A DNA stretch of 63,214 nucleotides, the filler included, from Collodictyon triciliatum (Eukaryota): assembly GCA_043381765.1 (NCBI GenBank). It is 8 parts of 8 records of this genome, joined end to end, with 100 filler letters (N's around TTAATTAATTAA, not from the genome) between each part and the next. Parts side by side here need not be neighbours in the genome. Positions count along the whole stretch, not along the records: positions 1 to 8,326 come from JBHJMP010003472.1; positions 8,427 to 16,768 come from JBHJMP010003473.1; 6 more parts are not named here. One strand, given 5' to 3'. Numbering within the stretch: the first letter of the stretch is position 1; each line of letters starts with the position of its first letter. Shown one piece after another: positions 1-11,278 of this stretch. The notes below the pieces were generated by a model. It was not told the DNA's origin and ran no database searches. It was given only the letters and a program-made list of their open reading frames with translations. Both the position numbers and the translations under genes were made by a program.

Positions 1-400
1 AAAAAAAACATAAAAACATAAAAACATAAAAACATAAAAACATAAAAACATAAAAACATAAAAACATAAAAACATAAAAACATAAAAACATAAAAACATT
101 AAATAAACATAAAAACATTAAAAACATTAAAAACATTAAAACATTAAAACATTAAAACATTAAAACATTAAAACATTAAAAAAAATTTAAAAAAAACATT
201 AAAAAACATTAAAAAAAACATTAAATAAACATAAAAAACATAAAAATAAAAGCTATGAAAATAAAAAAACATGAAAAACAGAAAAAACAGAAAAACAGAA
301 AAAACAGAAAAAACAGAAAAAACAGAAAAAACATACAAAACATACAAAACATACAAAACATAAAAAAACATAAAAAACAAAAAAAGATTAAAACATAAAC
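1..400. repeat. Degenerating AAAAACAT tandem repeat at scaffold end
   Basis: Perfect (AAAAACAT)n at the start, drifting to AAAACATT and AAAAACAG variants. Confidence 0.9.
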
Positions 401-781
401 AGAAACAATCAAAAAATATTGGAAAAAGAGTTGACAATACTAATATGGAAGTCTATATTTGGATATATCTTTTTTCTATAATCGGAAATTATCTGCAAAT
501 ATTTTTTTCTCGAAAAGGTGCGATTATTCAGGCGCAAGTTTGGAATGGGCTACGTTGCAATATAAGCAATCTCTCATTTGTGTGCTTTAAGTCGACACAG
601 AGATGGACAGTTCCGGGGCTGTTATAAACTGGCATAAGATGCACATGCTCGCCGCCCTATCCTTGTCGACAGTTGGGTCGACCGTGGCTGAATCATTCAA
701 AAAATGCAGACAGAATAAATGAAATAGTTAGCTGCTAAACATTGATTGCTTGAAAGGTTTCTTTAATCAAACGTTGTATTC

Positions 782-3700
782 CTATTGAGGAATGCCGTCC
801 TTATCTTTGTCTTTCTTCCCTTTGCGAGTATCGGGGCGAATAAGAGTTAATCCCGAGCCAACAAATAATGGGCGAAATGACTTGACATCCTTTTCACTGC
901 GACGCAGCCCTTGTGGGGGTTCAACACGATACAAGATTTGTGTATCTCTGCGAGCTTGCAAGCTTTCAATAGACTTGGTATCAACACGCATGCCCTTTCT
1001 TCTCATCTCTCGGAATAAAGCTTCCGCATGGTCATCCATTTCAAAAGCCACCAAGGCGATAAAAACTGCAGCATCATTTAAATTAATAAGAAAAAGTAGA
1101 GTAGGGTCAAGTAAAGTAAAAGCAAAGTAAAGTAAAAGTAAAAGTAAAAGTAAAAGTAAAAGTAAAAGTAAAAGTAAAAGTAAAAGTAAAAGTAAAAGTA
1201 AAAGTAAAAGTAAAAGTAAAAGTAAAAGTAAAATGAAAACAATTTTTGTGCATATTACCCCGCTTTTCAGAGCTATTTTCATACGATATAATTTAAGGAC
1301 TCTCTTTGGCAACATACCCTCGTTAGCAACATGCTCCGAGTTCATATATCCCAGTATGCGGGCGAGTTTAACCACCCGAGAGAGACTCTCGGTGTCTCTA
1401 TTCCTTTGGATGATTTGAATTATCTTGCTACAGTTTCTGCGATGCATTTTCTTAATACCGAATACTTTTATTTGTTGAATCAAATATTTTTACACTTAAT
1501 AACGAAACAATAGTCTTAAAGATGTATGCCTTCCGACTACCTAGAAGGGAGCCTCAATCCCCTTGAGTCAGCATTCTCTAGAACTATATTATGAAAAATT
1601 CATAGTAAATACCATGCCAAGGACATGCACACATAAAGTTTACAAGATATTACAAATGAGGCCTTTAATATGGGTCTAGATCGATTACGTGATAAACAAA
1701 TATCGGCTTTATCATATCGACAGAAATTATGGATGACCAAGTTATATATGTCGCCCTTATGGCAGACATCTCCCATGGTTTTAATGTTAATCATATCATC
1801 AATGATATGCTCGGTAAGGCCTGAAGTTCATACAATGTCAGTTGGACAATTTCCAATTAAAGTATTTTAAAATTTTTTTTGATTATGCTCTTTACACATG
1901 TCACAAAAGGGCTAATTGTAGCACTTACCGAGCCTCGACGACATGATAGCATGTTTGATAGCCCACAGATAGTGGTATTCCTTTAGGTGCATTCTTGCAC
2001 AATCAGTAAACCTTTTCCGATCAAAAGATTAAATGTTAAGATGCAATTGTCTTTTCTTTTTTGAATTGAATAAAGGGAAAAAATGCCATTATATTTAATA
2101 ACTTGGCAGAGCCAAAGGTATCTTAAGTTTAGATTATGGTATATGAGAAACTGGGGTTGTGTACTTACTGCGAGAAAGCCTTCCTATCACCAATTTTCTG
2201 CAGATAGGAAAAAACCTTTTCCACGAAAGAGCACACTTCCCGTTGCTGGTCGCTAGGTTGAATACTCGCAGATTGGTTCATCCTTCTCTGCAATTCATCC
2301 CAAGCTGGTGCAGCGATTTCATATCTCCATTTTGCTGAGTCTCTCAACTTGGGCATAGAAATATTATTTTGAATTTTGTGTGTCAAACTTTCCCCAGCCT
2401 TGGTCTTGTTTGAGCTTATTTTATCAAACAACGAAAAGGCTTTTAAACCTGAATCAATGAGTTCTTCCCTGAATTCGTACTTCTATTGGCATGTAGCGTT
2501 GAAAAAAGGAAAGTAATATTGAAAATGTGAGCAAAACATTCAATAATTCTGATCTTTCTAGGTCTGAAGCGAGAAAAAAAAAACTTAAATGCCATAAATG
2601 TGTTTTAAAAGGTCACATGTACCAATGAAATCTTGGCCAAGGAAAACCAATCTTCAAATGAGGTGCGATTATGACTAGAATTTTCGAGTGCAATTATTTG
2701 TTTCCTAACAAGGGACTTGCAGCTATATCCCGGAGTATTTTGAGCCTGTATACCAAATGAAATGAATAGATGGAATTATCGGGTACCCTTTGATTAACAG
2801 TTTGCTGGTCTTAATAAAGAGAAACATGGTATTTGAATCGGACCTTTAAAATCATGTTTATTGTCTCGTTCGCCAATGGAATAAGTTTGTCGTCAATTCC
2901 AGATTCTTGATATAAACCCATTTCTTGAATCGATTCCTATTGATGGAATGCCATTACTATTATTTGGTATGGTAGAAGGAATCAAAAAGCATCTAAATCA
3001 AATAAAAATGACAACATTAAAATCATAACGAAAACTACGAATAAAAACACTGACCTCAACATTCCCTGCTCGGCATATAAGCATAATTTCGAAAAGTTTC
3101 ATATTGTTCACCCTAGTTTTTTTACTGCGTTTCAAAGCATCAAGAAACTTTTGCGATATTTCAGCATCAGTTAGATTGTTTCCATGTAACTCCTTTCTAG
3201 GATTACACCTCAGCAGTGCTTTTTTTTTTAATTTTAAACATGTAGTGAATTTATTTGTGTCTCATAATCAACACAATATTTTTAGTGAAGTTGAAGGAAA
3301 ATTGTACATTTTTTGAAATCCTAAAATAGCTAAGCAAAATATTTCAACCAGACACACCTTCAATAAAGTCCTCGAAAACAGTTTTATTTGTTGACATTTT
3401 CTGTGGGTTTAAATAAATTCATATTCAGTTATATGCGTGTAAAATCGGTATATGATTGTGAAAGTAGGCATATGGTTCCTTTTCTAACTCTAACCTTTGG
3501 GAGCTTATCATAAAAATTGTCAAGGTCACTCATTTTTGTGAGCCTGTTTGTTGTTTTTAAGAACGAGCTATAAAGTGCTGGATAGGTTGGTCCCTTAGAA
3601 AGTAGCTCCAATGAGAAATCAACTTCTCCTCTTCTGCAGAACGCCAAAGTAATCAAAATAAGACTATGAAAGAGATGCTGATTAACATATTCGGAAAATC

Positions 3701-6700
3701 TGGAAAAATTACACACCTCATCATACTTTGGAATATGCCACTGCAAAGTTTGATATAACTCTCGGTATCATCCAGGCTTGATCCAATCCTCTTGAACTAT
3801 GACCACGTAATCAGAATATTAAAATATAAGCATCATAAAAATTGACATCTAAACAGGCTTAGCCAACATAAATATAATAGAAAATCAGTATAATGAATTA
3901 AAAAATTGAATGATCTATTTCATACCGATTGCTTGAACTTTGAAAAAATGCATATGGCAAAATCTCTGGCGATATGAAAGTTATGGTCCAATACAGTATG
4001 AAAAAATTCATCTTGGAGTTCCGAATTTTCTGATTCGATCTAATCATATTTGAACAGCATGTAAGAATGGTAAACAAATCAATAAATGTAGTATATTAGT
4101 ATTGGTGGGAGTCACATGAAAGTACCATTAAATTGGAGAGAAGAGAAAGAGTTTTGTCATTAATCTTGGATTCTGGATTCTGAGACTTAAACTCTTGAAG
4201 TTTACGATAGGCCGATATTGCATTTTCAACTTGTTTGATCTGGATCGGTGATATATGTCATTTTTTCAGAATCGTTTTGATGACCAAACAGCAATTCGTC
4301 ATCGGTGATGCTTTACTGAATTTTTTTTTGATCATTGTGTATGCCTTTGTTAAAGCAAACAAACAAACCTTGCAATAAACTTTATGGAGGAAAGTAAGTT
4401 AAGATAATATAAGTTGAATATCAGGGCATGATAGACATTTTCTCACTTTTTTACATTTTCAACATGAATCTTCGCCGAATGTAACATATTAGTTAGAATT
4501 TTTGTTGTTTGCATAATCGTATAAACCTGTGACGTAGGCATCTAAGGTACGATTATCCAATTGAAGATTAAATCTATCGCTTTCAAAGAATTCCTGAAAC
4601 GAACTTAAATAATTAATCAAACATAAAAAAAAAAAGGAGCAAAACTTGATTTTTTTAGATAGGCAACGATATTTTTAAATTTTTACTATTTGATGAACGA
4701 AATCAAACCATACAAATCATGGATTTGATTAAATGTGACACTTGTTCAACACGAAGAAAAAAACCTTATATGTGTTATGTAGTCCACCAGCGTCGCCGGC
4801 TTCGGCAAAAACTGAATATGCGTTAGGTTGAGTTAAAAGAAAATACACACTTACATGTCCTCGTTACAAATATCATTAATTACCTTCAAGGGATGTATTA
4901 ATGATGTCAGTGTCAGGTGTGAATGACCCTGTTATGTTTGATTAGCATGAATGAAATAAAGTCAAGATGTACATGCCAATATTACCCAACAGTAGCTTTC
5001 ATGTATAGTCACCTGAAAGGAAAGAAAATTCGAGTATGCGCCTTGTTACGCAAGTGAGTTTTGTTTTATGACAGGCTGACAGGAAATCTTCGATTAAGGA
5101 GGGCTGAAGCGGACAAATGTTTTTTTCGACATCTGACTGTAATGATGCCACAAAGGATTTAATATGGCTTTTTCTTTCCTAGTTCTTCCAGAATAAACCG
5201 AAAGTTAATTGCGAACTGCGAAATCATGTAGATGGTGTAAATGAGCCAAACCCAAAGTCTGGAAACCACTAAACTGTTTTTTTCATTACAACTTTTCAAT
5301 ATGCACCCATATACATAAGGCAAAAACGTCTTTGAACAATCCATAGTCCCGAGTAAATACATAGACTCTGCAACATTAAATTCAAGCTAATTTGTCCCTT
5401 GATGCATAAATATGAAATAGAATAACTACATACATAAATTTAACATAAGAAATCAAACCTGTAATTCTTCCTGTTTTTGCCACATTAGCGACAACGGAAG
5501 AGCGAATTACTGAATTTCGGTGTATGTGTAATCTCTAAATAATTTATTATACTTTACTATCAAATCAAGTATTTAAATGAAGGTTTTGAATTTAAAATAA
5601 AGCAAAATCTGCGAAGGGCATCATGATATTCACTAGATTAGATAATCCAATTATTGTCTGATTGTTTGTCTTGGCAGACCTTTGCTTTATGAAGAATATT
5701 GATTGAATTTTTGATAATATTGCCGTCATCCAATGAGCGCAAGGTTGTATTGACACATATCGGATCAAGCTTTCCATTTGAAGAGGCGATTTTGTTAAAG
5801 AAATTCATGGCACTATCGACCTTGTGTTCAGAGCTAGGCACTGCCGAGAGGCCTTCTAGCATGAAATTATGAATCTGGGAATCCTAATGCAGGTAAAATT
5901 CCCTCAGTAGTTAAAACAATAACCCTGGGTCACACTTTTTTCAAGGATGCGACCAAGAGATTTGTTTATGCTGAGTTTTTTTTTTCGTGAAGGGATGGGA
6001 AGGTATTGGTTTATAAATTAAGTGAAAATGAATGGACATTTTTCCAATAAACAAAAACAACAACCACATCCAACGCTTACTGGGGTAATACCGCGTTGAA
6101 TCATGGAATCATAAGTATTCAGGAGGTCCTGTTTGTTCCCGAGCTGACAAGGAAATTCATTATATATTAATCCTAAATAACTTGACATTTTATTTTATTG
6201 GTTTTCACTCATGATAAAGTATTTGTAATGCTTGTTTATATATCTGAATGAATTTTTACCTTGCTCAAGGCGAGAATGATACTGTGATAATCTTTATATG
6301 TGGGGTTCATACCAGATCCAATAATATTCTGCGGATGATTACAAGAAAAGGTTTACACATAGGGGAAAAAACCATGTCATACTTATCTACTGAAATTTAT
6401 GTTTGTTACAGTACATAATCCACTCCGTCTATGGGAACATATTTAACCTGGTTCCAAAACTTAAAAGTCAGATGATATTTCTCTGTCTTGTTGTATACTT
6501 GCATAGCCATGGTATTGATTTCATCTGTTCTTCAAAGTGTGTTACGGTGTTTATGGTGGCATACCACGTGATGATTCATGACACATGTGATTTATTACAA
6601 AAAAAAAAAAACGAGGGGTTTCTCACAAAATGATTGCGTGTTGATGTAAAAAAGAAAAGAAAAGAAGAAACCAAATCAAGGGTGGATGATGAAATATGCT

Positions 6701-7275
6701 GTTCTTTGGTAAAGAGGCGAAAGAAAGAAAAAGAAAGAAAAAAAAGGACAGCAACTTACGGCTCATCGGCATTTTCAGCAGCCTCATCTCTTCTAAATCA
6801 TAGAGAAACTACACTTTCGCATAGAATGGGGTTAAATTCTTAGCTCTGAAATAATGAAGATAAATTATGTGACAGAAAGGTACAAAAAGCGGTACCTTTT
6901 CGTATTTTTTTCGAAAAACCCACTGCCTTAAGCGCTTCAAATATATTTCGGGAAGCTTATCTGCATAGTTTATCTCGTAAAGAAGCGATTCGGCTTGCGT
7001 GCTTGCTTCATCTGGTGGGGTTGCAATAGCAAGAGTTGCAGTGTCCAGCAATTAGTTGACGAGTTGAAACGGTGCAATAACAGGCATCAACCAGGATGGC
7101 AAGAGCTTAGCAAAGCATCGTGTTAAGCATGGCATATATATATATATATATTGAGTCTGCACAAAAGTGATCATATTACCGCCGCACCTTTTGCCTGACT
7201 GAAGCTCCGGATGAATAAGCGAGAAAAAGAGCGCAGTGAACCACGCGCAGCCTCCGCAAAGACAAGAAGGCGCAT
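782..7275 (-). CDS. Large multi-exon pentatricopeptide repeat (PPR) protein, probably mitochondrial
   Basis: Spliced exons near 6.08-6.33 kb give PTYKDYHSIILALSK-LGNKQDLLNTYDSMIQRGITP, a typical PPR motif. The last exon has a second one, AVFIALVAFEMDDHAEALFREMRRKGMRVD, then TAG at 782-784. The proposed first exon from ATG 7275 reads MRLLVFAEAARGSLRSFSRLFIRSFSQAK (presequence-like). Many GT-AG introns; internal exon boundaries not fully resolved. Confidence 0.7.
1131..1232. repeat. (AGTAAA)n microsatellite inside the last PPR intron
   Basis: Direct tandem hexamer; explains the poly-Leu run in ORF 782..1483. Confidence 0.9.
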
Positions 7276-7673
7276 CTGATCGAACACCGTGCCGCACTTT
7301 TGGAGAGTTCGAGGAGCTGTGGACTGCTTTCAGAAAGGACGTTTTTGGAGTTGAGCCCATGTGTGTGACGAAACGTTTAACTAATCTTGCGTGGCCAACC
7401 TTGTTGCCCGAGAGACGCTTAACTGTTGCCTCCCAAACCCAACAAACCTCGGGGCTGGCGGTGCAGACAGCAATCGCAAAAGCAGCAGCACAGGCAACTT
7501 TTATTTTCCAGTTTAAAGCATATGGTACGGTACCAAATCTATTTTTCGGATGTATTTTTTTCCTTTTTTTTTTTCCTTTTTCCTTCGCCCGTTCGCACTC
7601 TGAGAACGCACTTTGCCTGGCAGAGATCGTCGCTTGTGTTTTGCCTTCTTTTTCTCATTCTTACGACCCTCCT

Positions 7674-7846
7674 CTTTTCTCTTCTCTTTTCTCTCTTTTC
7701 TCTTTTCTCTTTTCTCTTTTTCTCTCTTTTCTCTTTTCTCTTTTCTCTTTTCTCTTTTCTCTTTTCTCTTTTCTCTTTTCTCTTTTCTCTTTTCTCTTTT
7801 CTCTTTTCTCTTTTCTCTTTTCTCTTTTCTCTTTTCTCTTTTCTCT
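7674..7846. repeat. (CTCTTTT)n heptamer repeat
   Basis: Direct tandem array, probably in a 5'-UTR intron of the ZZ-finger gene (acceptor TTCAG ~7906). Confidence 0.9.
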
Positions 7847-7947
7847 TGTGAGCCTTCTGCACTCATGTTTGCCTTGCATCTCTGCTCGCTCATACATCTT
7901 GTTCAGACACCGAGTGATTCCATCGCAGACACAGGCCCGGGCTTCGA

Positions 7948-8012
7948 ATGTCCCACGACGGAGTAACCTGCGACGGCTGCAAAGCACAAAACTTCGAGGG
8001 GATTCGATACAA
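7948..8012 (+). CDS. First coding exon of a ZZ-type zinc-finger protein (KCMF1-like E3 ligase); remainder lost at scaffold end
   Basis: ATG 7948 reads MSHDGVTCDGCKAQNFEGIRYK, then a GTGAGT donor. Matches the ZZ consensus H-x-G-V-x-C-D-x-C-x3-N-F-x-G-x-R-Y-K-C found at the extreme N-terminus of KCMF1. Divergent from the PPR gene. Confidence 0.75.
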
Positions 8013-8259
8013 GTGAGTCTGTGTCTGGCGAAGGGCACGATCTTCCTCTTCCACTCGCTTCGAATCAATCAACCTGATAATATTGAGGGCCTTTCACTCC
8101 GTCATCGTCAAGCATACTTTTTCTTCTTCCTGGCTGTTGCCTCCAAAACTTGCTTGTGCATTAAACACCACTGACCAGTAATCCACTCCTTTCGCTTGGT
8201 TTTTGATATTGTCTCATAGTCTTCCCAACAAAAAAAAACAAAAAACAAAAAAAAAAAAA

Positions 8260-8293
<34 letters not shown>

Positions 8294-8326
8294 AAAAAAA
8301 CAAAAAAAAAAAAAAAAAAAAAAAAA

Positions 8327-8426
8327 NNNNNNNNNNNNNNNNNNNNNNNNNNNNNNNNNNNNNNNNNNNNTTAATTAATTAANNNNNNNNNNNNNNNNNN
8401 NNNNNNNNNNNNNNNNNNNNNNNNNN
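8327..8426. other. Artificial scaffold spacer N44-TTAATTAATTAA-N44 (12-mers also at 16813, 25248, 33677, 42103, 50522, 58940)
   Basis: Identical 100-nt block seven times; the 12-mer places stop codons in all six frames. Confidence 0.97.
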
Positions 8427-9171
8427 CCAACTTTCTGTTAAGCAATAGCAAGGAAGCCAATGCAATCAGTTTTACAAGAACAGAACTATATATTAAAATA
8501 AAAGACTTGCAGATAACAGAGGCAAAGCGTTGGAATAAAACTGAATCTGATGCTAGTTTTAGAGGTGAAACAGTCGGATGGATGACATGGCCAACGCATG
8601 AGAATTATCCGATACTGCCGCCAGAGAAAGCCAAACGGTGAGTCCAAAGGGTTTGTATACCAAACCCATCTGTAATTCGCCTCCGGACTTTCCCACTACC
8701 AAAACAGTGTCGGAACACCCAACCTAATTGCATAATGTGGAATCTACATACAAATGATCCTATATTACTATATGGCTCAATTTCAAGTACTACATTTTCC
8801 TTATTTAACATCACAGACTTTTTACTTTCATTTTCGGCAAGTAGATTCAAGTTCTTATGCTTGCTAACCACACAAGACATCCATGTGTCATCTTGTGAAT
8901 TCCCACGCTCAATCTCTTCTGTTGGTAAGTGTAGAATTGTGTTTCTATCGGCCTTAGAAACGTCACCCATACGCAACACGCTTGTGATTCTCTCTGCATT
9001 CACACCACCATTGATCTCCGTCTCTCTGACACCACTATCATCGGTATGTCGTTTGCAAAGTTCTTTCGCAGAAGAGATGAATTGGTTTAAGACACACCAA
9101 GACAAAAACCTTGTCCACTAACACCACAACTCCCAGAAGTCGTCGGAAGACTCACGCCCAATTATTTTGCC

Positions 9172-10570
9172 ATGTTCGGTCGGGGGGTTTATTTAGAAGA
9201 GCTGCGTGATATCACAGGTACTCGTGATATTGCCGGATTAAAAAAGAATACGAGATTGGACCTTCGATTCAATCATCTAACGCATATTCCCCGAGGAGTT
9301 TTCGAATTGGTTCATATAAAAGAGTTGGATCTTTGGCAAAACAAGCTCTCGTCGCTGCCTTCAGAATTATCATATTTGACTAATCTCAAAGAGCTCGGCA
9401 TTGCTGGAAATCAGTTATCGTCACTTCCCCCAGAGATATCTTGCTTGACAGGCCTCACCTTTCTTAATGTCTGCAGCAACCCGGTAAGTTTTATTTTTTG
9501 TTTGACTGAATTCATTCACAGAGACACTTAAAAAAACTACTTTTCTAGATGGAGGAGCTCCCACCACAAATCACGGCGCTCAGCAATCTGAAGGAGCTCT
9601 TTATTTCATACGGAGGAAAGGTTAGTATAAAGAGAGCTCCGCGTGGTATCACAAATTTGCGCTGCTGGAACAAAAAAGGAAGCGAACATTATCAACATCT
9701 TCGCTCTCTTGAGCTCTACGAAACGGTAAATATAAAAATAGCTTTAAATATCCTTTTAAAAATCATCGAATACATACATACATACATACATACATACATA
9801 CATACATACATACATACATACATACATACATACATACATACATACATACATACATACATACATACATGAATCCGCACATACAGATACAGATAGATTCAAT
9901 AGCAAATCCAAGATGGTCTCCATCTACGGAGCAAGTCAGATTCAGCTCGTTGAGCGTATATGGGATGGGTATTTCCACATTGCCAGAGAGCATCACACTG
10001 TTGCAAAATCTTACCTATCTGTGCCTAGGAAGAAATTACGTACGTTTGCCTAACATACACAGTAAACGAAATAGTAATTAAATATATATAAAAAAGGAGA
10101 TACATATACGACGAATTTATAGAAAAATACTCATATAAACGAGAAAAAAAAAGCTGGACCATATACCCGATTGCGTCTTTTCTCTCGCTTCGATTCGGAG
10201 ACTCGATATTTCAAACAATCAGGTAGTAAGAATTTAGGAATTGATACGACGAACATGTATCAATCTTCGAAATATTTTAATGAATTTTTAAATCTCTGCT
10301 TTTCACGATCAGATTAGAACCATACCCTACTCCGTAAATCGACTTTATAATCTCGAAATACTGGATGCCACAAACAATATGGTGAAATAGAGCGTTAATA
10401 TGCAGAGCCAATAAGTTCCTATCTATGTTGTCTTTTCATCGCTTGAAAGTTCTGGTGTACAGTCTATATTATTTATCTAAAGTGATAAGAAAAAATTTTA
10501 TCGAACAATAATACAGATACGTGAGCTGCCGTCATTTCACGGAACTCAAGAGAATATTACGGAGTAAAGG
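9172..10570 (+). CDS. Leucine-rich repeat protein, multi-exon, 3' end possibly degenerate
   Basis: Repeated LxxLxLxxNxLxxLP units: LDLRFNHLTHIP, LDLWQNKLSSLP, LGIAGNQLSSLP, LCLGRNY-LDHIP, LDISNNQ-IRTIP, LDATNNM-IRELP, with GT-AG introns. The frame closes at TAA ~10567. Confidence 0.8.
9770..9866. repeat. (TACA)n microsatellite in an LRR gene intron
   Basis: Direct tandem tetramer. Confidence 0.95.
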
Positions 10571-11278
10571 AATATAATATAACCAAATACAAGAATTTGA
10601 AACGCCGACACTGCAATAATAAAAAAAAAAAATCCGAAAATATATTTCTGGTTTGGCAGTAGGAATGCGGGGGCGACATAACAACGTTGGACACGAACAC
10701 CATCTGCCCTTTTTCAATTCCTGATTTAGTATCTCATACCTGAATATATTGGCGAATTATGTTGATTTGGTTGATTCATACCGTTTTTGTACGTGTCGGT
10801 GTCGTGATCAAAAAGAACACACAGAGCCAGCGGCTTTGTAAACGTGGGCATTTAGAAGAAACGACTATCGAACAAATGCCAATCATCACCAATCTACCTT
10901 ATCTTGGCTTGACCTGTGGGCCCATCTGCGAAGACTGATGGTGGGATCTGGAAAACTCTTCACTCAATTTTCGCCACAGGAACCCCGCGGATTGTGGGGA
11001 TTTGCGGTCGAAGTGTTTTTCGAATAAGCAACCGCCCTCAAACTCAAACTGTAACAAAGAAAAAAGAACACTAATAATGCAAGTAGAGCTGATTGTGTCA
11101 CGATCTCAGGAGTTAGCTGGGTTCAAAATAGAAGCCTTTTTTTTCCACTCAATACTTGTTGCGAAGGGCACACCCACACAATCTCTTCCCTTTATTCTCC
11201 GCACATGAGCATTTTTTTATCATTTGCGTCGGTATTATCATTGATTTGGTGTGATCGTCTGCTTAGTATAATTCTACC

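Noticed and set aside
7236-8174. 312-aa ORF and similar ORFs across microsatellites, poly-T or N gaps (e.g. 168-437, 33100-33688, 33735-34044, 59125-60273)
   Set aside because: They are open only because simple repeats or Ns lack stops. The real coding parts are the short exons listed as features.
8371-8382. Recurring TTAATTAATTAA as a biological motif with 8.4-kb periodicity
   Set aside because: It is always embedded in N44 blocks, so it is an assembly linker.
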